From positions 108,974-172,973 of IMG/VR virus record IMGVR_UViG_3300021185_003351: a stretch of DNA of 64,000 bases, one strand, 5' to 3'. How positions within the stretch are numbered: the stretch's first letter is position 1; each line of letters starts with the position of its first letter. The translations under genes and the position numbers were made by a program. Positions 10,142 to 20,219 of the stretch are shown piece after piece. The stretch is from a virus. The notes under the pieces are model-generated. The model was given only the letters and a program-made list of their open reading frames with translations, had not been told where the DNA came from and searched no databases.

Positions 10142-10359
10142 TGAATCCAAATCAACCAAATATCAATCCTGCAGATTTAAAACCAATGATCTGTACAGAA
10201 TGCGGAGGAATGTATTTTAGACAAGTAATGAGTATTAACAAAGTATCTAGATTTGTAACTGGTGCAGACAAAGACACAGTAGTCCCAATACCAGTATTTA
10301 GATGTGACGATTGTGGACATGTTCCAGAAGAGTTTAGACCAGTAATACCTAGTAAGTAA
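10138..10359 (+). CDS. Zinc-ribbon protein
   Basis: CTECG...CDDCGH. Confidence 0.75.
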   Translation: MMNPNQPNINPADLKPMICTECGGMYFRQVMSINKVSRFVTGADKDTVVPIPVFRCDDCGHVPEEFRPVIPSK

Positions 10360-10571
10360 TGGGAGCTCCATATCCAAAAGAACCAGTAGTCTTAGTTTTC
10401 AAAACATCAAATAGGTCAAATGCTCGAACTAAAATGAAAGTTTATAAAAATAAAAATGTTGATTATGTAAACGAAAAGAAACTTCCAGGAGTGCCAGAAA
10501 ATTCAATATTTTTGGAATTAGCTATTGGAGAACATTATATTGAAAAATACAAACAAAAATATAAATTATGA
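10359..10571 (+). CDS. Hypothetical protein
   Basis: Translationally coupled ORF. Confidence 0.6.
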   Translation: MGAPYPKEPVVLVFKTSNRSNARTKMKVYKNKNVDYVNEKKLPGVPENSIFLELAIGEHYIEKYKQKYKL

Positions 10572-11011
10572 CAAAGAAACCTGCAACTATTTTCGATTTC
10601 ATTGATGGGATGACTCATAAGAAGAAAGCTTGGTCTGAATATACAGAAATAGACCATAAAAAGTTTTCTCCTTTTCTAATTAATAGATGGTTATCAATGA
10701 GAATAGAACTAATTGAAGTTATCAATCAGTTACAGAAATACACAATAGGGTTACTATCCCATGAGAATACTTATCGTCTCTATCACGGCCTCTTACCAGC
10801 CCAGAGAACCTTTGCTAAGTACGTAAAAGGAAAAAAGGAAGATAAGTATGACAAACAGTTAGTTTCACACATTGCAGACCACTACCTAATAAGTAAAGCA
10901 GAGGCCATTGATTATATCGAGTTAATGCCAAAAGATAGTTGCAGTTCTTTGTTATCATTATATGGATATACAGAAAAAGAAATTAAAAAAATGCTAAAAG
11001 GTAAAAAATGA
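10568..11011 (+). CDS. Clamp loader small subunit (T4 gp62-like)
   Basis: IFDFID...FSPFLINRWLSM...Y..SKAEAIDY pattern of the gp62 family; genomic context. Confidence 0.8.
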   Translation: MTKKPATIFDFIDGMTHKKKAWSEYTEIDHKKFSPFLINRWLSMRIELIEVINQLQKYTIGLLSHENTYRLYHGLLPAQRTFAKYVKGKKEDKYDKQLVSHIADHYLISKAEAIDYIELMPKDSCSSLLSLYGYTEKEIKKMLKGKK

Positions 11012-11235
11012 CATTTGAATCAGATAACACAGAATCAATAAATACACAATATCATTATGTTGGTAAATCTAGTTTATACAAATTTTCAGAAGAATGGGAG
11101 TTAAACTCATATGAATTTGATATTATTAAAAGAATTGTCAGGTGTAGGAAAAAAGGTCAATTTGAAGAAGACTTAAAAAAATCAAAGGATTTAATAGATA
11201 TATATCTTACTGAACATTTGGATCAATCCGAATAA
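11008..11235 (+). CDS. DUF3310-like (T7 gp1.7-related) protein
   Basis: HY...IIKRIVRCRKKG...EDLKKS pattern. Confidence 0.65.
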   Translation: MTFESDNTESINTQYHYVGKSSLYKFSEEWELNSYEFDIIKRIVRCRKKGQFEEDLKKSKDLIDIYLTEHLDQSE

Positions 11236-11246
11236 TTTCTTATAAT
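11218..11246 (+). promoter_or_regulatory. Class M promoter TTGGAT-N17-TATAAT
   Basis: Motif match. Confidence 0.75.
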
Positions 11247-11261
11247 ATAATAAAAAAGAAT

Positions 11262-11846
11262 ATGGCAAATAACGTATATACAGTTGTGAGTATAGAAGCT
11301 TCTAAAGAAGTTCTTAAGAATTTTGTAGACAAAATATTTACTCCAGAAGTAGAAGAAGCCAATTGGCAGAAAAAAAGTGATTTATTAGCTGACAATTTAT
11401 ATGGACTATTATATAAAGATTATCCAAAAGACAATTTAACTAGAGATTGGATGACTGAAAATGTAGGAGCAAAATGGTGTTTTGTACACGATTGGCAAAT
11501 AGATGATGATATAATTGATTTGACATTTAATTCAGCATGGTATCCACCTGAAGAGTTGTTTCATGAAATTGCAGATTGGTTTATAAAGCGAGGAGAATTT
11601 GAAATGGAAGCTAGAAGTGAAGATGAGGCGTATTTACATGTTTCAGGAGGATATGCTAATCAAAACGGATCTGAATTTATAATGGAAGATGACAATTTGC
11701 CAGAATATCCGGATGAAGATGACTTTGAGGATAACGAAGATGAATATGCATATGATGAAGCTGTTGATAAGTTTTATGATAAAATTTCTGAAATAAAAGA
11801 CGACCTTATATTAGAATGTAAACAAGATCTTATAGTATACCCATAA
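11262..11846 (+). CDS. Hypothetical protein, DUF1281/YubB ferredoxin-like domain, acidic tail
   Basis: DWMTENVGAKW and FNSAWYPP motifs. Confidence 0.55.
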   Translation: MANNVYTVVSIEASKEVLKNFVDKIFTPEVEEANWQKKSDLLADNLYGLLYKDYPKDNLTRDWMTENVGAKWCFVHDWQIDDDIIDLTFNSAWYPPEELFHEIADWFIKRGEFEMEARSEDEAYLHVSGGYANQNGSEFIMEDDNLPEYPDEDDFEDNEDEYAYDEAVDKFYDKISEIKDDLILECKQDLIVYP

Positions 11847-11847
11847 T

Positions 11848-12801
11848 ATGAAAAGCGGTTACATAAATCCAGTATACAAACTATCATTAAATGATGTATC
11901 TAAAGTTCCTGCAAAGATATCTTATTCACAATGGTCTATGTTTGAAAAGTGTCCTAGACAATGGAAGCTTTCTTATATTGACAAATTAGCTCCATTTACT
12001 CATAGTATAGCAACATGTTTTGGAACAGCATTTCATGAAACATTGCAAGAATATTTAACTGTGATGTATACTGACTCGGTTAAAGCAGCAAATGAAATTG
12101 ACTTTCGTGATATGTTGCTAACATGTTTAAAGATGGAATATCAAAAAGGCGTCAAGGCAAATAATGGCGAACATTTTTCTACTCCAACTGAGTTAGCAGA
12201 ACATTTAGAAGATGGTGTACAAATACTAGAATGGTTTACTAAAAGAAGAGCTCAATATTTTTCAACAAAGAATCAAGAGCTTGTTGGAATAGAAGTAGAA
12301 TTAGGAGTCCCTGCTTCTCCTAGCAATAAAAATGTATACTGGTACGGATTTATAGATATAGTAGTTAGAGATACCGTTCAGAATAAAATAAAGATACTAG
12401 ATATTAAAACTAGTAGAATGGGTTGGAATAAATGGCAAAAAGCAGACAAGTTAAAAGCTGCTCAATTGGTTGCATATAAAAAGTACTTTTCAGACCAATT
12501 TGGCACTCCAATTGATAATATTGATATTGAGTTTTTCATAGTTAAACGAAAACTATTAGAAGAGTCAATGTTTCCTCAAAAAAGGATACAATTACTTAAT
12601 CCAGCGTCTGGCTCTGTTACTAGAAAAAAAATACAACGAAGTATTGACACATTTATTGAGTATTGTTTTGATAAAGATGGTAACAAGCAAACAGATAAAA
12701 ATTATTTAGCTATAGCTGGTAAAGGTGCAAAACATTGCAAATGGTGTCCTTTTAAAACAGACTATGATAATTGTCCTAAAGAAAATAGGATTCGTGAATA
12801 A
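11848..12801 (+). CDS. PD-(D/E)XK exonuclease (RecB/Cas4-like)
   Basis: ISYSQ..CP, FGTAFHE, GFIDIV, LDIKTS, QLVAY, C-terminal CKWCPF...C. Confidence 0.88.
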   Translation: MKSGYINPVYKLSLNDVSKVPAKISYSQWSMFEKCPRQWKLSYIDKLAPFTHSIATCFGTAFHETLQEYLTVMYTDSVKAANEIDFRDMLLTCLKMEYQKGVKANNGEHFSTPTELAEHLEDGVQILEWFTKRRAQYFSTKNQELVGIEVELGVPASPSNKNVYWYGFIDIVVRDTVQNKIKILDIKTSRMGWNKWQKADKLKAAQLVAYKKYFSDQFGTPIDNIDIEFFIVKRKLLEESMFPQKRIQLLNPASGSVTRKKIQRSIDTFIEYCFDKDGNKQTDKNYLAIAGKGAKHCKWCPFKTDYDNCPKENRIRE

Positions 12802-12814
12802 TTTTTATTATAAT
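12786..12814 (+). promoter_or_regulatory. Class M promoter TAGGAT-N17-TATAAT
   Basis: Motif match. Confidence 0.6.
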
Positions 12815-12853
12815 AATAATAAGTAGTTTAACAAATAAAAAAGAAACAAATAT

Positions 12854-13207
12854 ATGAAAAAATCAATAATTACAATAGGCTTGTTTTTAATAGCAATTTC
12901 ATTTTCTGCACAAGAAAAAGGACACAAAAACACTACCCCTATCAAAGATACTAAGGTTGTAGTTAACCCAATTAAACCAAATGTATTTAATCAAAAAAAT
13001 AATATGGTTGTAGTCCCAGTTGCTAATGTAAAATATCAAACATCAACTACAAGAGCAACATCATCAACTAACAGACCAGAACAGGTTAAAGGTGAAAGAA
13101 AAGACAATGTAAAAGTTGTAAATAACAGATCCAAAAATGCTCCAAAGCCAACTGGTTTAAATCCTGAAAAAGTTAAAGAAGTAACTAAAGAAAGAAACGA
13201 TAAATAA
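12854..13207 (+). CDS. Secreted low-complexity basic protein
   Basis: Sec signal peptide ending FSA|Q; disordered K/N/T-rich body. Confidence 0.65.
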   Translation: MKKSIITIGLFLIAISFSAQEKGHKNTTPIKDTKVVVNPIKPNVFNQKNNMVVVPVANVKYQTSTTRATSSTNRPEQVKGERKDNVKVVNNRSKNAPKPTGLNPEKVKEVTKERNDK

Positions 13208-13208
13208 T

Positions 13209-13454
13209 ATGAATGGGTTATTATTAGACGCGTTATATGCAAAATATCATGCAGATAAAGCTGATGCAGTTGCTAGATTAGATATTTACCTAAACAATTC
13301 TGTTGGTATTGGAGAACATCCGCAACATACAGAAGAAATGGATAATATAGTAGCACAATTTGCAGACGCACAAGACAAATTAGAATCTTTAAAAATGATG
13401 CTTTCTCATATAAGCAACGGAAATATGTCACAAAAAGAACTTTTAAATGACTAA
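13209..13454 (+). CDS. Conserved phage hypothetical protein
   Basis: YLNNSVGIGEHP motif, recalled from aquatic myoviruses. Confidence 0.65.
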   Translation: MNGLLLDALYAKYHADKADAVARLDIYLNNSVGIGEHPQHTEEMDNIVAQFADAQDKLESLKMMLSHISNGNMSQKELLND

Positions 13455-13851
13455 AATTGCAGTTGTTGGAAATAAAGAATGGCAAAATAAAAGAAAAATA
13501 CAAAAAGTACTGTTAGAACTAAGACAAAAATTTAAAGAAGAATTAATATTAATTGGAGCTGGCGGGTCTGAAGGAGCAAATTATATGATTAGAAAATTTG
13601 CATTAGAATTTGGAATTAAATATCAAGAATATAATGCATCATATACTGGATATAATTTGTATTCAGCATTACCAGAATCATATTATGGAAAGAATTATCA
13701 CTTTTCTCAGTTATTACATCGAATGAAAATTTTAGCTGAAAATTGTGATTATTTAATGATTTTAAATAACCAAATAGATTTGAACCCACAACTGCAAACA
13801 GCATATAATAAAGTTACAAAGTTAAATAAGCCTGTTGTTGTATTAGGTTGA
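13447..13851 (+). CDS. SLOG/YspA-like (DUF2493-like) nucleotide-binding protein
   Basis: KIAVVGNK...IGAGGSEGA...CDYLM...KPVVV. Confidence 0.65.
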   Translation: MTKIAVVGNKEWQNKRKIQKVLLELRQKFKEELILIGAGGSEGANYMIRKFALEFGIKYQEYNASYTGYNLYSALPESYYGKNYHFSQLLHRMKILAENCDYLMILNNQIDLNPQLQTAYNKVTKLNKPVVVLG

Positions 13852-13858
13852 TATTTAT
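13851..13858 (+). promoter_or_regulatory. Class L motif ATATTTAT upstream of the glycosylation island
   Basis: Same motif sits in intergenic gaps at 28302, 35240, 38821, 41566, 43676, 63672, 63941. Confidence 0.55.
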
Positions 13859-13886
13859 ATTAAATAAGTTATAAATAAGGACATAA

Positions 13887-15377
13887 ATGGAGTTACCAAA
13901 GTTAAAAAAAATAGACTCAAACAAACAAAAAAAGAAAAAGATATTATTACTAGCTGATGATTTAAGATTACCATCAGGCATAGGAACAATATCAAAAGAA
14001 ATTGTGTTGAACACAGTACGCCAATATGATTGGGTACAAATTGGAGCAGCAATGAATCATCCAGATGCTGGTAAAATGTTCGACGTTTCAAAAGACGTAG
14101 CAAAAGAATCTGGAATAGAAGATGCAGTTGTTAAAATTATTCCATCAAATGGATATGGTGATAGAAACTTATTATTTGCTGTATTACATCAAGAGAAACC
14201 AGATGCTATATTTCATTTCACAGATCCTAGATATTGGGAATGGTTATATGCTATTGAACATGAAATAAAAACAACATTTAATATTCCAATCATATATTAT
14301 TCAATTTGGGACGATCTACCATATCCAATGTGGAATGCGCCCTTTTATGCGAGCTGTGACCTAATAATGGGAATTTCTAAGCAATCTGATAATATACATC
14401 GAGAAGTGTTGTTACAGAACGATTATGGGGTGTATGACTTTGATGCAGAAGAAAATAAAGAAGATCCTGAATTAGAGTGGGATGAAGTTGTAACAGGATA
14501 TGTTCCACACGGATTAAATCACAACGCTTACAAGACATTATTAGAGTCTGATGAGTTATATGAAAGATTCTATACTGATATAAAAGTGAAAAATGATGTC
14601 GACTTTGTTGTATTTTGGAATAATAGGAATATTAGAAGAAAACAGCCAGGCGATGTTGTACTAGCTTTCCAGCATTTCAGAAACATGTTACCAAAAGATA
14701 AAAAAGATCGAGTAGCTTTATTAATGCATACTCAACCGTCTGATTCAAACGGTACAGATATAAGAGCTGTTTGGAAAAACATAGCACCAGAATGTAAAGT
14801 TATATTTTCTGAAAAGAAATTAACATTACAAGAATTAAATGCAATGTATAATATTTCAGATGTTGTATTAAATATTGCTTCAAACGAAGGATGGGGGTTA
14901 AGTAGCACAGAAGCATTATTATCAGGTACTCCAATTGTTAATAATGTAACTGGAGGGTTACAAGATCAATGTAGATTTGAAGATGAAAATGGAGAATGGA
15001 TTACATTTGACGGTACATTCTCGACAAATCATAAAGGAAGATATAAAAAACATGGAAAGTGGGTAAGACCAGTATTTCCTTCAAATAGATCATGCCAAGG
15101 ATCGCCAGTCACTCCTTATATATTTGACGATCGTGCACAATTCGAGGATGTAGGAGATGCATTATTATATTGGTGGAATATGCCAAAAGAACAACGAGAA
15201 GAATGTGGAGAAGCTGGAAGAGAGTTTTGTTTAAATCATGGATTAACAGCAAAACAAATGGGTGACAAAATGATAGAAATAATGGATTTCTTATTTAAAT
15301 ATCCAAAAAAATCTAGGCCTAAATATACATTAAGAAAAGTAACAAATAAACAATATAAAGAAATGGGAATAGTATGA
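13887..15377 (+). CDS. GT4/GT-B glycosyltransferase
   Basis: NRNIRRKQP and NEGWGLSSTEALLSGTPIV motifs. Confidence 0.9.
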   Translation: MELPKLKKIDSNKQKKKKILLLADDLRLPSGIGTISKEIVLNTVRQYDWVQIGAAMNHPDAGKMFDVSKDVAKESGIEDAVVKIIPSNGYGDRNLLFAVLHQEKPDAIFHFTDPRYWEWLYAIEHEIKTTFNIPIIYYSIWDDLPYPMWNAPFYASCDLIMGISKQSDNIHREVLLQNDYGVYDFDAEENKEDPELEWDEVVTGYVPHGLNHNAYKTLLESDELYERFYTDIKVKNDVDFVVFWNNRNIRRKQPGDVVLAFQHFRNMLPKDKKDRVALLMHTQPSDSNGTDIRAVWKNIAPECKVIFSEKKLTLQELNAMYNISDVVLNIASNEGWGLSSTEALLSGTPIVNNVTGGLQDQCRFEDENGEWITFDGTFSTNHKGRYKKHGKWVRPVFPSNRSCQGSPVTPYIFDDRAQFEDVGDALLYWWNMPKEQREECGEAGREFCLNHGLTAKQMGDKMIEIMDFLFKYPKKSRPKYTLRKVTNKQYKEMGIV

Positions 15378-16663
15378 GAAAATGTGTAATATCAAGTCCA
15401 TTAGCAACACAATCGGGATATGGACACCATGCAAGAGAAGTTATAGAAAATATAATTGAACAACGAGGAAAAGAATGGAATATTAAATTGTTATCAATGC
15501 CATGGGGCAATACACCATTAACATTTCCAATATCAAACGAAATGCGAACTAGAGTAGTTCCATTACCATTAACAGAACAACCAGATATATGGATACAAAT
15601 AACAATCCCAAATGAATTTCAACCGGTTGGAAAATTTAATATCGGAGTAACTGCAGTAACCGAAGGCGATATATGTTCAAAAGAATGGATTGATTCTATT
15701 AATAAAATGCAAGTTATCATAGTTCCATCTGAATTTACTAAATCAGTATTAACAAAAACTGCAGAAAAACATAATATTGCAATTTCGACAGAAATACATG
15801 TTATATCAGAATATTTTAATAAAGATATATACAATAAAAATAATAGAGCTGAATCAATTGATTTGAGTGAAGTACATGAATCATTTTGTTATTTGTTTGT
15901 AGGACATTGGCTTCAGGGATCATTAGGAGAAGATAGAAAAAATATAACTGGATTACTTCACAATTTTTTAGAAACATTTAAAAACAAAGAAAAAACTCCA
16001 GGATTAATATTAAAAACTAGTTCTGCAACATACTCTGTTACTGACAGAAGTAAAATGGAACAATATATTAATTCAATTCGTGACTTATTTCCTAAAACTG
16101 CTAAACTTCCAAATATATATTTATTACATGGAGATTTATCTGACAATGAAATGAATTCATTATATAATCATTCCAAAGTTAAAGCAATGGTTTCATATAC
16201 TAAAGGAGAAGGATTTGGAAGACCTTTATTAGAATTTGCATCTACAGGAAAACCTATTATAGCACCACACTATTCAGGCCAAGCAGATTTCTTAAAGAAA
16301 GAGCATATAGTTGCATTAGCAGGAGGATTAACAGAAGTACATCCATCGGCTAGAAATCAATGGATTATTGAAGGATCTAAATGGTTTACTCCCGATTATG
16401 CATATTCAAAAAAAGCATTAAAAGAAGTACATAAACATTACAGCAAATTTATTCCTGGAGCTAGAGAGCAAAAGAAATTTGTTACAGAAAATTTTACGAA
16501 AATTGCAATTGCTCCTAGTTATACAAAGTTAATAGAATTAATTGAAAGTAGAGTAGTAGAAGGTCCTAGTATGCAGCAATTAAAATTGCCACAGCTTAAT
16601 AAACCAAATCTTAAAACAGTTGAACTTCCTAAGTTAAAATTACCTAAACTAAATAAAGTATGA
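15374..16663 (+). CDS. GT4/GT-B glycosyltransferase
   Basis: SGYG, DRKNI and GEGFGRPLLEFASTGKPII motifs. Confidence 0.9.
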   Translation: MRKCVISSPLATQSGYGHHAREVIENIIEQRGKEWNIKLLSMPWGNTPLTFPISNEMRTRVVPLPLTEQPDIWIQITIPNEFQPVGKFNIGVTAVTEGDICSKEWIDSINKMQVIIVPSEFTKSVLTKTAEKHNIAISTEIHVISEYFNKDIYNKNNRAESIDLSEVHESFCYLFVGHWLQGSLGEDRKNITGLLHNFLETFKNKEKTPGLILKTSSATYSVTDRSKMEQYINSIRDLFPKTAKLPNIYLLHGDLSDNEMNSLYNHSKVKAMVSYTKGEGFGRPLLEFASTGKPIIAPHYSGQADFLKKEHIVALAGGLTEVHPSARNQWIIEGSKWFTPDYAYSKKALKEVHKHYSKFIPGAREQKKFVTENFTKIAIAPSYTKLIELIESRVVEGPSMQQLKLPQLNKPNLKTVELPKLKLPKLNKV

Positions 16664-17292
16664 AAATAGGATATTTCATAACAGCCTGTAATGAATATGA
16701 AGAGTTAAAAAAACTTTTAATATTGTTACGAACTAATATAGACAAAAATGACTGTATTGGTGTTTTATTAGATGAAAAAAACGTGACAGATGAAGTTGAT
16801 TCATTATGCAATCAATTTTTAGTTCCAAATAATGAGTCTTTTCGGGTAATATACAGTAACTTAGACAATGACTTTGCATCATTTAAAAACTTAGGATATC
16901 ATTTATTTGATGATTGTGATTGGATTTTTAATATAGATGCTGATGAATTACCATCTTCAATTTTAATACAAAATATTAAACAAGTTATAAATTTAAATCC
17001 AGAAACAGAATTAATATATGTTCCAAGAATAAATACAGTTGAAGGATTGACACAAGATCATATTAATAAATGGAGATGGCAAGTAAACGATGAAGGATGG
17101 GTGAATTGGCCAGATTACCAAGGCAGAATATATAAACGATCGCCTATGATAGAATGGAAAGGTAAAGTGCATGAGCGAATAGAAGGAATGAAAAAATATT
17201 CACATCTTCCAGCTAAAGAAGAATTTGCATTTCACCATCCTAAAACAATTGAACGACAAGAGCGTCAAAATAAATTTTATGAAAGTATATAA
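16660..17292 (+). CDS. GT2/GT-A glycosyltransferase
   Basis: ITACNE, WIFNIDADE, WPDYQGRIY, VHE. Confidence 0.88.
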   Translation: MKIGYFITACNEYEELKKLLILLRTNIDKNDCIGVLLDEKNVTDEVDSLCNQFLVPNNESFRVIYSNLDNDFASFKNLGYHLFDDCDWIFNIDADELPSSILIQNIKQVINLNPETELIYVPRINTVEGLTQDHINKWRWQVNDEGWVNWPDYQGRIYKRSPMIEWKGKVHERIEGMKKYSHLPAKEEFAFHHPKTIERQERQNKFYESI

Positions 17293-17295
17293 AAA

Positions 17296-18069
17296 ATGAG
17301 TGTTACAGTAATATTAAATGGATATAAGCGTGGTAATCAATTAAATGAACAGTTAGAAGCATTACATAATCAAACTATACAACCAAATGAAATATTATTA
17401 TGGTATAACAATCCAGGAGATGATTCACTAATTAATTATGATGTTATGAGTTCTATACCTACTGCATTATGTAATTATAATTTTGGAGTATGGGCTAGAT
17501 TTGCATTTGCATTTAACGCACAATCTAAATATGTTTGTATATTTGATGATGATACAATTCCTGGAAAAAAATGGTTAGAAAATTGTTTAGACACTATGAA
17601 GAAAAATGAGGGATTGTTAGGAACAGTTGGATTATTATATTTAAATCCATTACCACCAGAACAATCATCATATTATGAACATTATCTAAGATTTGGATGG
17701 GTTCCTAATGGCAATAATGAAGAAACAGTTCAAGTAGATTTAGTGGGGCATAGTTGGTTTTTCAAAAAAGAATGGTTGAGTCATATGTGGAGAGAAATAC
17801 CAGATCCAAAATATAATACATGCGGAGAAGATATGCATTTTAGTTATATGTTACAAAAATATGCTAATATACCAACATATGTTCCTCCACACCCAATTAA
17901 TGATAAAGAATTATGGGGAAGTTTAAAAGGAGCCGAATATGGAGGAGATCAAAATTCAATGTGGGAAACTAATCAATTAAGCAAAGATGGAATACCATTC
18001 AAAAACTTAATGAATGAATATTTCCATATTCAACGAAAAAAAGGATGGAAGTTAGTTAATGAAAAATAA
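17296..18069 (+). CDS. GT2/GT-A glycosyltransferase
   Basis: VTVILNGYKR, CIFDDD, GEDMHFS. Confidence 0.85.
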   Translation: MSVTVILNGYKRGNQLNEQLEALHNQTIQPNEILLWYNNPGDDSLINYDVMSSIPTALCNYNFGVWARFAFAFNAQSKYVCIFDDDTIPGKKWLENCLDTMKKNEGLLGTVGLLYLNPLPPEQSSYYEHYLRFGWVPNGNNEETVQVDLVGHSWFFKKEWLSHMWREIPDPKYNTCGEDMHFSYMLQKYANIPTYVPPHPINDKELWGSLKGAEYGGDQNSMWETNQLSKDGIPFKNLMNEYFHIQRKKGWKLVNEK

Positions 18070-19045
18070 AATTTTATTATGTTTCGGGACTAGACCAGAA
18101 TGGCTAAAAATAAAACCATTGATAAAAGTTTTAGATAATTATGAATTATTATTTACTGGCCAGCATGTAGATTTACTAAAAGATATACAAGTAGATTATA
18201 AAATTAAAATGAACGAAAATACCAATCGGTTAGATCAACTAGTAAGTGATTGTTTAATACAATTTCCAATCGGAAATTTTGATTCAGTATTAGTTCAAGG
18301 GGATACTGCATCTGCATTTGCTTGTGCAATTGCTGCACTACATCGAAAGCTTAAAATCTATTATTTAGAGGCAGGACTTCGAAGTTATAATTTAAATCAT
18401 CCATACCCAGAAGAAGGATATAGACAAATGATATCAAGAATATCAGATGTTAATTTATGTCCTACAGAGTTATCTCTTAATAATCTAGTAAATGAAAAAG
18501 TAAATGGAAAACATCATATAGTAGGAAATACCGTATTAGATAATTTATTACCATACAAAGATGAATGCGAATATACTAATAAAGTACTAGTAACATTACA
18601 TAGAAGAGAGAATCATCATTGGATGGATAAATGGTTTATTGAAATAAATAATTTAGCAAAAGAAAATCCAGATTTAGAATTTATATTGCCAATACACCCA
18701 AATCCAAATGTACAAAAACATAAACATTTACTTACAAATATTAACGTTATAGATCCATTAACACATTCTGAATTGCTAGATATTTTAGTAAAATGTAAAT
18801 TAGTAATTAGTGATAGTGGGGGACTACAAGAAGAAGGGAGCTTTTTTAATAAAAAAGTTATTGTTTGTAGAAAAACAACAGAACGACCGGAAGGATTAGA
18901 TACTGGCCATTTAATTATGTGCGAAACACCTGATCTATTAAATAAACATTTTGGAAATGTAAATAAAAATTATTATATTAGTAATAAATGCCCATATGGG
19001 GATGGCTATTCTTCTATTTACATAAAAGACATATTATCAATATGA
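18059..19045 (+). CDS. wecB: UDP-N-acetylglucosamine 2-epimerase
   Basis: GTRPE, TGQH, VQGDT, EAGLRS, PEE, TLHRREN, SDSGGLQEE, TERPE, PYGDG. Confidence 0.96.
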   Translation: MKNKILLCFGTRPEWLKIKPLIKVLDNYELLFTGQHVDLLKDIQVDYKIKMNENTNRLDQLVSDCLIQFPIGNFDSVLVQGDTASAFACAIAALHRKLKIYYLEAGLRSYNLNHPYPEEGYRQMISRISDVNLCPTELSLNNLVNEKVNGKHHIVGNTVLDNLLPYKDECEYTNKVLVTLHRRENHHWMDKWFIEINNLAKENPDLEFILPIHPNPNVQKHKHLLTNINVIDPLTHSELLDILVKCKLVISDSGGLQEEGSFFNKKVIVCRKTTERPEGLDTGHLIMCETPDLLNKHFGNVNKNYYISNKCPYGDGYSSIYIKDILSI

Positions 19046-19824
19046 GACAAAAAACATTTAAATCTGATTTTTTATTTTTTAAAAATAAAATACAAAACAA
19101 TGAAAACTTTGCGTTTTCTAGATTTTCAGATGGAGAAATGTATATTTTACAAAATCGTAGATTAAAGTTAGGAGATAATCAAATACAAATTGATAATACA
19201 ATACAAAATGGACCTTATCAAAAATTTGATTTTAAAGATTTTAATCCAGATATTCATTCTTTATATAAAGATAAACTCATTGAATCTTTTAAACATAAAC
19301 AACAAAATTATTATAAAGGAATTAGTTGTAGCTGTTGTGTAGGAAAAGAAAATTTTGATTGGCAAATTAACTTACATCAAGGAGATGATGACTCATTAAC
19401 TTGGGCTAATTTATGGGTAAATTCTAATTATCCAGATTTTATTAGTTCAATACTACCTATGTTTTATAATAAAAAATGTATATTTATAGGACACGAATCT
19501 GCAGACATAACAAAATTTCCTTTTTTTATTAAAGATTTTAGAGTTGGATATAATGCATTTGTAAATGATTATAATGTAATTACAGATATATCTAATTGGA
19601 TAGAAGAAAATAATATAGAAAATCATATGTTTTTATTTTCAGCTTCATCATTTACAAATTTAGCAATATATGAACTTTTTAAAAATCATAATAATAATAG
19701 TTATATTGATATTGGAACATGCTTTACTCCAATGATGTCGATGCCAACTGAAAGAGATTATCTTCAAGGATTTTGGAATTATAGAAGAACAACTAGCTTA
19801 GAATTAAATTGTGTATGGAATTAA
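19042..19824 (+). CDS. GT-D fold (DUF1792-like) glycosyltransferase; start probably 19042, not 18988
   Basis: FSRFSDGE and IDIGT motifs; ATGA overlap with the wecB stop. Confidence 0.6.
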   Translation: MRQKTFKSDFLFFKNKIQNNENFAFSRFSDGEMYILQNRRLKLGDNQIQIDNTIQNGPYQKFDFKDFNPDIHSLYKDKLIESFKHKQQNYYKGISCSCCVGKENFDWQINLHQGDDDSLTWANLWVNSNYPDFISSILPMFYNKKCIFIGHESADITKFPFFIKDFRVGYNAFVNDYNVITDISNWIEENNIENHMFLFSASSFTNLAIYELFKNHNNNSYIDIGTCFTPMMSMPTERDYLQGFWNYRRTTSLELNCVWN

Positions 19825-20219
19825 TAGAATGTAATAAAGAATATTGGGAGTTTGTTAGAACTCTTCGAAATGATGATCAAGTACAAAACGGATTTATAGA
19901 GACTATAGAAATAACTTCAGAAATGCAAAATGCATATATGAATAAGTATAGTGACTGTTATAGAATTGCATTAATAGAAATACATACAGGAGACTCATTA
20001 CATTTAGTGCCAGCTGGGTTTGTTGGAGTTATTGATGATGATATACGAGTATGCACCGTTCCAGAATTTCAAGGAATGGGTATTGGAAAGTTTATGATTA
20101 ACGAATGTATGAAATTATGGCCCAATGCTTTTGCTAAAGTTAAAATTAATAATGAAGCTTCAAAAAAATTATTTAAAGCATGCGGATTTAAAGAAAAATT
20201 TATAATATTTGAACAATGA
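19809..20219 (+). CDS. GNAT acetyltransferase (PseH-like)
   Basis: LRND, FQGMGIGK acetyl-CoA motif, NEASKKLFKACGF. Confidence 0.85.
   Translation: MCMELIECNKEYWEFVRTLRNDDQVQNGFIETIEITSEMQNAYMNKYSDCYRIALIEIHTGDSLHLVPAGFVGVIDDDIRVCTVPEFQGMGIGKFMINECMKLWPNAFAKVKINNEASKKLFKACGFKEKFIIFEQ

Noticed and set aside
11848-12801. Cas4-like nuclease as evidence of CRISPR-Cas
   Set aside because: No cas1/cas2 or array; stand-alone PD-(D/E)XK exonucleases are routine in phage replication modules
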